Positions 19,627 through 29,647 are shown, numbered from the stretch's first letter. The stretch: 64,000 bases of DNA from Salipiger bermudensis (GCA_964227855.1 CAXQWT010000040.1:2548-66547), one strand, 5' to 3'. Notes: generated from the sequence alone by a model not told the origin. A program made the numbers and translations.

Positions 19627-20700
19627 TCAATACTCTTTTTGCAGTACGCCATAGTCAACAATCTTGCCTGAGGCAACCTTTTTGAGAAGTGCTTTGAGCC
19701 GATTCTTGATGGTGTTACGACATTTGCCAATGGCTTGAGCAATGTTCTCAAGTCGACCTTGTTCCACACCAAAGGCTTCGCATGAAATTTGGAAAAGGAT
19801 GGCACACAAAACCTTGGCTCCGATGTTCTCCTGCGAAAGCGGAGAGCCGCTCATAGTAGGCTCGCCTAGGCGAAACAGTCGTTGTTTGTAATCGTCCATG
19901 ATTTGAGATTTCAAGGATTCATCGAGACCATCGAGAAGTTGCTTAAGACGAGCCGTTGTGTTCTGGATTTCGGTGTTTCGCAACTCAAACTGGACAGTTC
20001 GTCGGTCAGCCCGCTCTTCGATGAGTTTGGCTTTTTCACAGAGGTTGAGGTACTTCATCACAACTTTCGCAGCATCGACAACCTGCTTCAAGGTCAAGCC
20101 TGTTCCTTCGATCATCTGAGGCCAATCGATGTTGATTTTTCCAGTACGTTCTTGGTGAGCTCGTAGACAGGCAAGCGCAAGCAAACGTTCGTTGTTTTGC
20201 GTGCTACCTCCACGAGTCTTCTTTCGACATACCGAGTTCTTTGGAAGGATGATTTCATCCTCCGATGCAATCTCCTTGAGGGCCTTCGCCTTCTCACCTT
20301 CGAGTGGGACGGTTGCGAGTGCGATGACTTTCTTCGCTTTCATTGCGTTGTCCTTTCCTGCCAACTCCTTTGCAGCATCCATCGTGGCCTGAGCCATGGG
20401 GTGCATATCCTTGATGCCCTGATTGTTCAGGTTGCTTAGGATTTTCCACTTACCTTTTGCTTCACCTGGTCTACCGATGTATGAACCAAGTCCGTTTCCT
20501 TTGGACCCCGTCTTAATTTTCGATTCATCCTTTGTTGGCGTGTTAAAACTGTGCTCGCCCCACATTGTTCCTGCGTTATCGTTTTGTGTCGCCGACGCTT
20601 GATCGTCGATGACGAGGCCACAATCATTGCAAACCACTTCGCCTCGGGCAACATCCGCATTCAAGTCATAACTTCCACATTCTTCACACTTTTTCGTCAA
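19627..20700 (-). CDS. tfb: Transcription initiation factor TFB (TFIIB-like). It is a divergent copy with an extended linker and a diverged first cyclin repeat, and it uses a TTG start.
   Basis: N-terminal zinc ribbon CEECGS...CNDCG. The C-terminal cyclin/HTH region KVLCAILFQISCEAFGVEQGRLENIAQAIGKCRNTIKNRLK is recognisable. The start codon is a TTG (plus strand 20698-20700) preceded by GGAGGAA with 7-nt spacing. No in-frame ATG exists back to the upstream stop. Confidence 0.75.
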   Translation of the reverse strand: MTKKCEECGSYDLNADVARGEVVCNDCGLVIDDQASATQNDNAGTMWGEHSFNTPTKDESKIKTGSKGNGLGSYIGRPGEAKGKWKILSNLNNQGIKDMHPMAQATMDAAKELAGKDNAMKAKKVIALATVPLEGEKAKALKEIASEDEIILPKNSVCRKKTRGGSTQNNERLLALACLRAHQERTGKINIDWPQMIEGTGLTLKQVVDAAKVVMKYLNLCEKAKLIEERADRRTVQFELRNTEIQNTTARLKQLLDGLDESLKSQIMDDYKQRLFRLGEPTMSGSPLSQENIGAKVLCAILFQISCEAFGVEQGRLENIAQAIGKCRNTIKNRLKALLKKVASGKIVDYGVLQKEY

Positions 20701-20956
20701 TTTACTTCCTCCATGTTCTCTTTTGTACCAACATGATTAAGACGAGAACCTCGATGGGTAAGTAGAAGGGAGGTCCTGTCCGACACGCTGGAGTATACAC
20801 ATGGCTTCGGTTCTATTTAAGACCTTGCATTCATGTTGTAAATACGGCAAAACAAGAATCTTTCTTGTTTAGAATTCTATTATCCGACATCTTGGCCAAA
20901 GGGATTCGAAATCAACCTCTTACCAGAAAAAATAACAAAATACACACACGTTTCCT

Positions 20957-20962
20957 TTTATA
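20957..20962 (+). promoter_or_regulatory. Archaeal TATA box (TTTATA) about 26 nt upstream of the ATG at 20985, implying a leaderless or near-leaderless transcript of the AddB-like/AddA-like operon.
   Basis: The sequence is cctTTTATAcggtcgtcttctatgctgaggaATG. An A-rich tract (aaaaaataacaaaata) lies just upstream, in the BRE position. Confidence 0.5.
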
Positions 20963-20984
20963 CGGTCGTCTTCTATGCTGAGGA

Positions 20985-23900
20985 ATGGGGGAGAATGTAG
21001 TGAACATCACGGTTGAAGCATGCTCTCCGGAATACATCGTTCCTTCATGGTTGATTGCTGATGTTGCAAACGGAAGGGATGATATTCTTGTCATCTATCC
21101 AAATGAAACAACACGATCAAACTCGATGAAATTAATTCTTCAAAAGACAGGAACAGTCGATTCAAGCAGACATACAACACTTCACCGACTTGTCAAAGCA
21201 CTCGCAATTGACTTCAGACTCCCCGTCGTTGTCCCTGCATCCACGATTGGTCTTGTTCAAGTTCATGAGAAACTAGCCGCTGCAGCCTCAGAACATCGTT
21301 TCCCTCGCCTCCATCCGGACACAACTCGTCCGTGGACCCTCTCGAAATCTGAGCGATTGCTCAAACTCCATTCTTATGCGACGAGCCATCAGATTTTTTC
21401 CGAATGGAAAGACGATCCTGGAGCATACGAAGCAGAACGAATTCTTTCAACTTTCGAGAAAGATGGTCTTCTCCACGAACATCACGTCCAGTCTCGACTT
21501 TGCTTACATCTGTCGGATACTGAGATTCCAGTTCCTTTCACCCTTGGAGCAATTTCTGGAATACTGCTTCTCAATCATCCACCAGATTTTTCTGAGAATG
21601 AAAAGCGATTCCTGAAAGCACTATCACTGAGGGCCCCAATTCATCATTTGTGCGTTAGCGGTTCCTTCCGCCTGGGGTATCATGGCGCTTACATTGATGA
21701 TGGAATTAAAGCCATTAATGAGGAAGAGAAACTACCCTCATGGGTCCCCCGACACCCCGTTCAGAGAGTTCAACCACAACCTGATGATTACGCGACAGAA
21801 GGCGTTCACATCCTGAGTTTTGATCAAGCGACACAAGTGATGGATGCAGCACTTTCGGCATTACAACTTTACCGAAATCATTCAGGGGGTTCCGTCTTAC
21901 TCGTCGACGCAAACAAAAGCAGACACCGCGATTGGGTTCGTCGCCTGAACCAAATTGGCTTCACATCCAAAACTCAATCCGATGTTGTGGGGAGTACGTC
22001 GGCCGTACAAGCAATCCTCCGTTTCTTATCGATATCTCGAGGACAAGACGCTTGGTCAGCAACCAAGTTGTTTGACATCATCCAATCACAGACATTCCCA
22101 CTTCTTGGCAATTTGTTTGCGGATCTTGAACACCCAACCAACAAAGATTGGCGGCCACATCCGCATTTGGATGTTATCGAAAACATCGGTCGAAGCTTCC
22201 ACGTTCTCGGTGGGAAAGGAGCCTTACAACGATGGCTTGGATCCTTATCTGCTGCAACGCCATACTCCATGGAAGCCTATCGGCGTGAGAAAGAATCGCA
22301 AGAACTCGAGGAAACACAATGGTGGTTACAATGTCTGGCAGTCTCTTGGTCAGCCCTTTTGAGCGAACAGGAATGCAAATATCTTGATGCGGAATGTGTT
22401 GGTACATCATCGAAAGAGGTCCTTCCTTTACCACAGGTAAGCAAATTTCCAAGGGATGTTCTCACATCGATGTTGCAAGCATGTGACTGGGAGAGTTTGT
22501 TCGCTCGGACTCAGCGGTACGATGCTTCTGTAGGTGCTGTTCAAAATTGGATACAAGCCATTGATGCATTGCTTCAGTATGATTCAAGCGTTGATTTCGT
22601 AGAACTTTGCCGGATAGCATCGGAGCAAACGAAGATACCAAACCATCGTGTTGATCACTCAGATGTGCGCATTTGCACGCCGCTTGAAGCATATGGTGTT
22701 GAATCAGACATCACACTGTTTGTTGGTCTTGATGCAGAATCATGGTCAATGAAAGCAGAGCGGATTCCTTGGGTTGATGATGCCGTTCGGGTAGAATTAG
22801 GTCTAACGGATGGAGATTTACCAATCCGACGTGCACGTCATTTGTTCAAGTCATTACTTAATGCCAGCCAACAAGCGATTCTTTTTGACACGGAACACGA
22901 CGAATCCGTAGGAAATTCTACGCCAGTTGCTGAATATCTTTCAATGGTAGAATTGAATGGTTATCTCTCAACGTTGAGGCAAGCTCCAGATTTCATAAAA
23001 CCATTAATTTCTGATGGTGCAGGGTGGTCGATGATGACAAGAGATGATGGAAATGTCGTTACCTATCGAAGTTCAGCACTTTCTATCAATGGTCGCGAGG
23101 TGCTCCTCGAACGTGCGGAAAATTCGCTTCGAGACCAACAACAACAAGCAGGCCTTGAACTCAGATCCATTCGCCATCCAACCACCCTCGTCCAATCCTC
23201 CAATTCAATTGCAGCTCGACATGAACGGGAAATCAATCTTGATCGATTCCGCCGTCAACCGAAGTTCAAACCCTTGGAAAATGGGAGCACCATGAACTGG
23301 GCGACAAGAAACAATCTGTTGACGACGACGAACCTCATCATTCAGCCCACCGTATCTCAAGCGAGTGTTGCCGGAGGCAGAACGGCGACTTCTTATCCTC
23401 ATCTTGGTTACAAAAAGAATGGAATCTCAAGAGGGCCTTCTATCGATCCAAGACCGCTTCCACCACCACAATTTGATTCTCAGAGTTTGACCGCTATTCT
23501 ATCAACCAAAACAAGGGATGAAGAACCGAGAATCTGGTCAACAAGTCGATTGAATCCTTGGTTCATATGTCCTCGACAAGCCTGGACCGAACAGGTTTTG
23601 CAGGCAACAGAATCTTCACCAGAACCTTCTGAAGACATCGCACCGCTGACAAAAGGAACACTGGTACATTCCATTGAAGAGCATCTCTTGACAATGCTCG
23701 GGATTGAGGTTGGCGGCCGGCCACTCCCAATAGGCACGCCAATGCATCTCGGAGTCTTGCTTTCAGAACAAGAGATGTGGGAAAGTGTACTTGGTCGCTT
23801 ATCAGAACTCGCCCCTTGGTTAGCGAGAACCAACGCAGTTTCTGTTCACCGTTGCAATGACCTTATTGGATGCACGCCAGAAAATTGGAATGCGTGGATT

Positions 23901-24677
23901 GAAGGTGGTCAAGAATTACCAATCAACGGACGATTAGGGCGCCTCCTCCTCGCCGATCTTCGCCTCACATCTGCTGCTCCAATTGCGAGTGAATGGGCGC
24001 TTGAGCATGGAAGCGAGCAATACGTCGAGATTCAAGGATTCAACGATTCGATGGACATCGCTTCAATCAATGTCCGTGGGAGAATTGACCGTGTTGACCA
24101 TATTGTCTTCTCTGCTGAAGATATTGAGCAATTACATGAGAATGGCCTTTATGCAGAGGACGCTGAAGAATTACCTCTCTTCTTTACCGGCAAGGAGGCA
24201 CCTGCAAAACGCTTCATCATTATCCGAGATATCAAAACCATTGAGGGGCCAAAACCTGGACAATCGGGCGTACGTCACACTGCAGGGTTGTTCAAAGAAA
24301 TCCAACTTGCCATGTATGCTCGAGCATGGGAAATTGCACATCCAGGGGACCGCGTCATTGGGGTTGGGATTTCAGAAGTTGGTGATGACACCGAGCATTT
24401 TGTTGAACTAGATCCGAGTTTCCATTCACTCACCGCCCACCTTAATTTCGGAACGCCAACCACATATTCGACAAACCACTTTCGCATTCCAAATGAAGAT
24501 GCAAGTCCCCAAAGCAACAGTTTCCGCGCATGGATGAGTTCCCGGATCACATCTGCATTGCGAGCGCGTGACGCAAGCCAACTTGGTTGGAATCATCCGA
24601 CGCCGGGCACACACTGCTCCTATTGTTCACTTGCAAATGCCTGTCCATCGGCATCGATCGGAGGTGAGTTGAAGTGA
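20985..24677 (+). CDS. AddB-like subunit: a large protein with a C-terminal RecB-family (PD-(D/E)xK) nuclease domain bracketed by a 4-Cys (Fe-S staple-like) cluster. The N-terminal ~900 aa have no recognisable P-loop.
   Basis: Nuclease motifs are RGRIDRVDHIV (II), IIIRDIKTI (III) and QLAMYARAW (QxxxY). Cysteines are WFICPRQ upstream and HCSYCSLANAC at the C-terminus (24615-24644). The stop overlaps the GTG start of the next gene (GTGA at 24674-24677). Confidence 0.65.
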   Translation: MGENVVNITVEACSPEYIVPSWLIADVANGRDDILVIYPNETTRSNSMKLILQKTGTVDSSRHTTLHRLVKALAIDFRLPVVVPASTIGLVQVHEKLAAAASEHRFPRLHPDTTRPWTLSKSERLLKLHSYATSHQIFSEWKDDPGAYEAERILSTFEKDGLLHEHHVQSRLCLHLSDTEIPVPFTLGAISGILLLNHPPDFSENEKRFLKALSLRAPIHHLCVSGSFRLGYHGAYIDDGIKAINEEEKLPSWVPRHPVQRVQPQPDDYATEGVHILSFDQATQVMDAALSALQLYRNHSGGSVLLVDANKSRHRDWVRRLNQIGFTSKTQSDVVGSTSAVQAILRFLSISRGQDAWSATKLFDIIQSQTFPLLGNLFADLEHPTNKDWRPHPHLDVIENIGRSFHVLGGKGALQRWLGSLSAATPYSMEAYRREKESQELEETQWWLQCLAVSWSALLSEQECKYLDAECVGTSSKEVLPLPQVSKFPRDVLTSMLQACDWESLFARTQRYDASVGAVQNWIQAIDALLQYDSSVDFVELCRIASEQTKIPNHRVDHSDVRICTPLEAYGVESDITLFVGLDAESWSMKAERIPWVDDAVRVELGLTDGDLPIRRARHLFKSLLNASQQAILFDTEHDESVGNSTPVAEYLSMVELNGYLSTLRQAPDFIKPLISDGAGWSMMTRDDGNVVTYRSSALSINGREVLLERAENSLRDQQQQAGLELRSIRHPTTLVQSSNSIAARHEREINLDRFRRQPKFKPLENGSTMNWATRNNLLTTTNLIIQPTVSQASVAGGRTATSYPHLGYKKNGISRGPSIDPRPLPPPQFDSQSLTAILSTKTRDEEPRIWSTSRLNPWFICPRQAWTEQVLQATESSPEPSEDIAPLTKGTLVHSIEEHLLTMLGIEVGGRPLPIGTPMHLGVLLSEQEMWESVLGRLSELAPWLARTNAVSVHRCNDLIGCTPENWNAWIEGGQELPINGRLGRLLLADLRLTSAAPIASEWALEHGSEQYVEIQGFNDSMDIASINVRGRIDRVDHIVFSAEDIEQLHENGLYAEDAEELPLFFTGKEAPAKRFIIIRDIKTIEGPKPGQSGVRHTAGLFKEIQLAMYARAWEIAHPGDRVIGVGISEVGDDTEHFVELDPSFHSLTAHLNFGTPTTYSTNHFRIPNEDASPQSNSFRAWMSSRITSALRARDASQLGWNHPTPGTHCSYCSLANACPSASIGGELK

Positions 24678-27600
24678 TTTCTTTCAACAGAAGCCAGCGT
24701 TTGGGCCTGAACTTGGATCAGCACATTGCTTTGGATGCTGGAGCAGGCACAGGAAAAACGACCGTCATGGCAGAACGATACGTTCAGCATCTCTTATCTG
24801 GTGAACAACGAGCAACGCATGTGTTGCCACCTCCAATACGACAAGAACCGTTCGGCTCAGGAAAAATTTTGGCGGCAAAGCGTGATCGAACACCGTTAAA
24901 CGAATGGAAAGGCCTCTTGCCTCAAGAGATTGTTGCAATAACGTTCACTCGAAAAGCTGCATCCGAACTCCGTTCTCGCATCCGCCAACGAATTCAATCC
25001 CTGCGTGCAAACCCGGTCAATGAAGAGGATAGAATGGGCGTTCACGACCCTCGGCTTCGCCACCAAGGCGATGTCTCAATGCTGATGTCATTGCTCGAGG
25101 CAGCACCAATTTCAACGATTGATGCTTTCCTGTCTGAAATATTGGCGCCTCACATTGACCTGGTCGCTCTTCATTTGAGTAGAGAACAATTGCCTGAAGA
25201 GAAAGCACCTCTCCTACGTACACAAGCCCTCAATTCAGCTTGGAGAATTCGGAATGCTCGTGATGCTATCGAGGCAGGAATGCTCCAATCTGCAGATGAG
25301 TTTATCGCCGCTCGAAACCGACTAGCAATCCGACTCGGCGGGCAGCAGAGTGCTCAAACTGTGTTGGAGGGCCTTCTGGAATCCTCACTGTTTGTTGAGG
25401 AATCAAGACGTCGTCTTCGTTCTCGTTCCATTCGACTAAACTTGCCCTGGGACGGCCACTCTCCCCCCGATTATCGTTTGATTGAGGATATGATTTTGCA
25501 GGAGTGTCAACACCTGGTCGACCCAGTTGTTGAAGACGTTCATGCAGTTCTCAATGAATGGGTTGATGTTTTTCTTCAGTATCACTCAATTTTTGTTGCA
25601 CCAGCACAGACGGAAACAACGAGCACTCGATTCAACCAACTTGTCCACCTGGCAAGAGAATCACTACCTGACACGCCAATTGAACGGCTTCAATGGCTGT
25701 ATCAGGTCGTAGCCTCTGCGACTTCCTTTACTCAATTGAATGAGGTTACCCCTTCTCTTCTGAAAGGAGGAAACTTCCCACGTAACAATTCGCTTGCGGG
25801 ATGGCCAGCAGGTTTGATGACATGGTCCTCCGTGCTCAAAGGAAAGGATGAGAAAGGTCTGAAAAATCAAATTTCAGCTGCCGCTTCGGACGCAGCAGAA
25901 CGATTGCAACACCGCATTCATGACCCAACAGATGGTAGGCTTGTTTTCATGCTCTCCAAAGTGGCTTACTGCCTTAATCCATCTCGCCCATTCGTTCATA
26001 GAGATGCAAACGAGCGCTACGATCATCAATTGCTTGGCCTTCAATTGAGTCAAGAACCACCTCATGCAAACATGCGAGTTTCCAGAGAACTCCAAGTTGA
26101 AGTTCTCAATGATCTTTACATCGTACACTCAGGTTGCCAAGATTTACTTCGCCATCTAAAGTCTCAGGAAGAGGCCCATGATTTCGATGACGTGCAGGTT
26201 ATGGTTGGAGATTTACTTCTTGCGCGCTGCCCAGCGATCGTTCGTCACTGGTACCCTCCAGAGGCTGTACAGGCTTTGGATGATCTTGGAGATGAACCAT
26301 GGTCTGATGAACACATCCGGAGAGCTCTTACAATCATGCAAGGCGATGAACAGAAATACGTTGATTTGCAACGAAGGTATGCGCTCCTAAAACAGATTCG
26401 TGCTCGATATCGAGCATTCATTATCGACGAATATCAGGATACGAATCCTGAACATGCACGTCTTCTTTCACGATTGTGGGGCCGCCGTGAAGGCATATCG
26501 GACGAACATCCAGCACCATTAGGTCCGTGGGATCCGACCATTTGTATTGTTGGAGATATGAAACAGAGCATCTACCGATTCAGACAGGCTGAGGTCACCG
26601 TTATGCGTCGTATGGTTGCATCAATTCGTGTTGCCAACAGCATCGAAAACAATGAGCCAAGGCTAGAATCCTTTACTCAAAATGGGCATGGACGAGATCC
26701 ACGACCAATTGGCGCAGGAGGTGAATCAGGTTCGTTCATTCAGGCATCGGACTTTTCGCGTGAAGAGCAATCAGCCCCTTGGGATTACGTTTCTTTCGGT
26801 ATCGATGATTCCGGGTTAGCAAACGATGATTCGACTACGCAAGAACGAACCGAAGGACACATCCAATTGCGAACAAATTTCCGTACAGCCCCTGGTTTGC
26901 TTCGAACACTCAACAATATGTTTGATGATACATTTGATGCAAGACATCATCAGTTCCCAGGGGATTTTCATGCAACTGCACAGCCTCTTGACGCTGGTCG
27001 AGAAACCTCCAGCGAAGGAGTGATTGAATGGCTTCTTCCAACCCAAAACAACACTGATGAATTACCCTTGGATATGATGGAAGGATACAATCTCTACGAT
27101 GCGGGGAATGCCAACCTCCGTCATCTCGAACATGAACTCATCGCCTCAAGGTTGGACGCTTTGGTTCGAGGATTGTCGACTCAAATTTGGTCTGTAGAAG
27201 CTGCAGCGTATGTCGAAATAGAGCCAGAAGAGACAATCTCACCTGAAGATGTCATGATTCTCGTACATTCTCGTAAGCACATTCCTGATCTTGTAGCCCG
27301 TCTTCAGTCACGAGGCCTACCTGTTATGGCGGATAAACAAGGCGAGTTGCTCAAACAACCCGTTGTTCAGCCACTGATGGCGGTTCTGGAACTTCTCGCA
27401 CATCCAAATTCAAGACATGCTGCTCACTCCTTTGTTCGTTCGTCAATCATTGGTGCTTCATCCGTGCAAATCGAGGAGTTATTAGGAACTGAAGCCATTG
27501 AAAATTACTGGCTCCATGCTGCGGAATATTTTGCATCAGCGCCACAAGGCCCCCTTCTGGCAGCATTTGCTCAAATGGTTCAACATGGTGCAATTTACGA

Positions 27601-29647
27601 AGTCTTCGATGCAGTGTTAGACTACAGTGATTTGCTCATTGCCTTCCCTGATGAATCTGAACGTCAAGTAGCGGAAATGTGGTGTGCATTAGTTCAGAAG
27701 ATTGGGTCCGATACTGGCCATGAACCAGCGGCAATTCTAGAACAAATGAGGGCATTTGCAACACTCGGAAACAAGGGTCCGCAAGCGAGCACATCCCCGA
27801 CGAGCGGGGCAATTCAAATTATGACCATCCATGGTGCAAAGGGGCTACAAGCACCGGTTGTCGTTGTAACCGGATTGTTTGAAGCTGGACGCCGTAGTTC
27901 AAGTATTGAAGCGCAAAACAACGTTCTAATCACGCCTGATGTCATCGCCGGAAGGATTCAGCCATGGAAGTCTAAAGAGAAACCAGAAGATGCTCTTTGG
28001 ATGCTAGCAGAACAAATGAATAAGGCCCAGAATCAGGCCGAATTGCGACGTCAATTCTACGTAGCTTTAACTCGCGTTAAAGATCGACTTATTTTTGTTG
28101 GATCCCCAAATGCACCGTGTTCCATCGGTGAGGATTTCATGGTGAAGATGAAAATCAATTCGAAAGGGAACAATATGGGTGATTTGATGCTGGATGGATT
28201 CCGATACATGGGACTTCGTTCTGGAGATGAACAAGTATGGAGTTTGGAAGGTGACGTGCAAGGTGAACGTATGGTTGAATACGGAGAACAAGTGTTGGAA
28301 TTTGATCCTATTGCTCTTTTCCAAGCAAGCGGATTCATGGATGAATCACTTCAACAATTGCGCATGTACCATCATCCTGATTGCTTTTCAACCCAAACAC
28401 CGACCTCAGTTCTATCAAATTGGTTGGATATCGAGGAACGTCTTTCAGAGCCTGTTGAAGCTACTCAATCTGACCAACAAATGGTCCATCAAGCGCCAAC
28501 ACTCCGGATGACGGCACATGGATTGGATACTGCAAATTCGTGCCGACGTAGATATTGGTTGTCGCACATGAAGGGATGGCAAAGTGAACCTTTTCACATT
28601 GGAGGCAGTTCAAGACTGCCAGCCGACGAAGAAGAATTCAAAGACCGTTCAGGTGGAGAGGACTTGGAGCAAGCAGTCATCGGTTGGCCTTCTGCAACAT
28701 CATTCGGGTCTATGTTTCACAGACTTGTTGAGATTGGTCTGGCCAATCCAGCCGAAATGAGATCTGATAAATTTGAACTGAGTCCAGCATGGCTGAATGC
28801 TCAGACAAATCATCTATTGTCGAGCAAAGAAATCGACGACGCAACGCAATCACAGCCAGAATGGCATCGATTATCCCGCGAAGAACAACAGCAAACTCGA
28901 GTAAGAATCATCGAACTCGCAACCTTGCTGACAAATGGATCCTTGGGAAGGATGGTCGATGGTGAAGAAGTCAATGGTTGCCAAATCGAAGGTTTACGAA
29001 CAGAAGCATCGTTCATTTACGACCATGAAGTAAATCTTGAAGGCCTCGTGCGTTCACCACTGACGCAATTGAATCGATTGTATGTTACGCTCATTGAATC
29101 GGTCAACATTCTCTTTGAAGGGCAGGCTGATCTTGTTTTGGCTGGTGTTCAAGACGAACGTTCATGGTTGCAAGTTGTCGATTTGAAAACGTCAGGTGCT
29201 CGCGAAGAAGTCCTCGAGAGTCATTCGTTGTATGATTCTTTGAAAGAGCCGTTTTCGTTTGAACCACAAAACGATACTGAGCTCCAAATGCTTCAAAATC
29301 ACCGTCTTCAACTTACCCTGTATTCTCTTGTCTTCCGGCGGCAAGAGGAACGAAAACCAGCTGACCAGCGAAGAGAGGTACGGCCTCCTGCATTACTGAT
29401 TGCAAGTACCGGGCGTTTTGTCCAAATGCCTAACAAAATGTACGAAGAGGCAGAGAAGGAATTGGGCCGTCTCCTCGATTGGATGGCAAACTTGACCGCT
29501 AATCCGAACGGCACTGATGAACCGAAACGTCTTCCGATGGAATTTATGGACACGTGTAAGAAATGTCCCTTCTTCAAGGGTGATGTGCGAATGTGTGGTC
29601 CACAGGGAATGGAATTGGGATTCAACGCTGACTCTTCTTCCCAATGA
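24674..29647 (+). CDS. AddA-like subunit: a UvrD/Rep superfamily-1 helicase with a C-terminal RecB-family nuclease and 4-Cys cluster.
   Basis: The GTG start is forced, since an in-frame TGA lies 9 nt upstream. Walker A is DAGAGTGKTT (24740-24760). Motif Ia is AITFTRKAASEL; II is IIDEYQDTN (26426-26446); III is GDMKQSIYRFRQA; IV is LRTNFRT; V is IMTIHGAKGLQAPVVVV; VI is YVALTRVKDRL. Nuclease motifs are QADLVL...VVDLKTSG and LQLTLYSLVF. Cysteines are NSCRRRYW upstream and CKKCPFFKGDVRMC (29555-29596). Confidence 0.8.
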   Translation: MISFNRSQRLGLNLDQHIALDAGAGTGKTTVMAERYVQHLLSGEQRATHVLPPPIRQEPFGSGKILAAKRDRTPLNEWKGLLPQEIVAITFTRKAASELRSRIRQRIQSLRANPVNEEDRMGVHDPRLRHQGDVSMLMSLLEAAPISTIDAFLSEILAPHIDLVALHLSREQLPEEKAPLLRTQALNSAWRIRNARDAIEAGMLQSADEFIAARNRLAIRLGGQQSAQTVLEGLLESSLFVEESRRRLRSRSIRLNLPWDGHSPPDYRLIEDMILQECQHLVDPVVEDVHAVLNEWVDVFLQYHSIFVAPAQTETTSTRFNQLVHLARESLPDTPIERLQWLYQVVASATSFTQLNEVTPSLLKGGNFPRNNSLAGWPAGLMTWSSVLKGKDEKGLKNQISAAASDAAERLQHRIHDPTDGRLVFMLSKVAYCLNPSRPFVHRDANERYDHQLLGLQLSQEPPHANMRVSRELQVEVLNDLYIVHSGCQDLLRHLKSQEEAHDFDDVQVMVGDLLLARCPAIVRHWYPPEAVQALDDLGDEPWSDEHIRRALTIMQGDEQKYVDLQRRYALLKQIRARYRAFIIDEYQDTNPEHARLLSRLWGRREGISDEHPAPLGPWDPTICIVGDMKQSIYRFRQAEVTVMRRMVASIRVANSIENNEPRLESFTQNGHGRDPRPIGAGGESGSFIQASDFSREEQSAPWDYVSFGIDDSGLANDDSTTQERTEGHIQLRTNFRTAPGLLRTLNNMFDDTFDARHHQFPGDFHATAQPLDAGRETSSEGVIEWLLPTQNNTDELPLDMMEGYNLYDAGNANLRHLEHELIASRLDALVRGLSTQIWSVEAAAYVEIEPEETISPEDVMILVHSRKHIPDLVARLQSRGLPVMADKQGELLKQPVVQPLMAVLELLAHPNSRHAAHSFVRSSIIGASSVQIEELLGTEAIENYWLHAAEYFASAPQGPLLAAFAQMVQHGAIYEVFDAVLDYSDLLIAFPDESERQVAEMWCALVQKIGSDTGHEPAAILEQMRAFATLGNKGPQASTSPTSGAIQIMTIHGAKGLQAPVVVVTGLFEAGRRSSSIEAQNNVLITPDVIAGRIQPWKSKEKPEDALWMLAEQMNKAQNQAELRRQFYVALTRVKDRLIFVGSPNAPCSIGEDFMVKMKINSKGNNMGDLMLDGFRYMGLRSGDEQVWSLEGDVQGERMVEYGEQVLEFDPIALFQASGFMDESLQQLRMYHHPDCFSTQTPTSVLSNWLDIEERLSEPVEATQSDQQMVHQAPTLRMTAHGLDTANSCRRRYWLSHMKGWQSEPFHIGGSSRLPADEEEFKDRSGGEDLEQAVIGWPSATSFGSMFHRLVEIGLANPAEMRSDKFELSPAWLNAQTNHLLSSKEIDDATQSQPEWHRLSREEQQQTRVRIIELATLLTNGSLGRMVDGEEVNGCQIEGLRTEASFIYDHEVNLEGLVRSPLTQLNRLYVTLIESVNILFEGQADLVLAGVQDERSWLQVVDLKTSGAREEVLESHSLYDSLKEPFSFEPQNDTELQMLQNHRLQLTLYSLVFRRQEERKPADQRREVRPPALLIASTGRFVQMPNKMYEEAEKELGRLLDWMANLTANPNGTDEPKRLPMEFMDTCKKCPFFKGDVRMCGPQGMELGFNADSSSQ

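Noticed and set aside
20915-20940. tRNA-like T-arm sequence (GGGATTCGAAATC) in the tfb / addB-like intergenic region.
   Set aside because: No complementary T-stem (GGGAT versus ATCAA). No acceptor stem or anticodon arm could be built by eye. It is probably promoter-proximal A-rich sequence.
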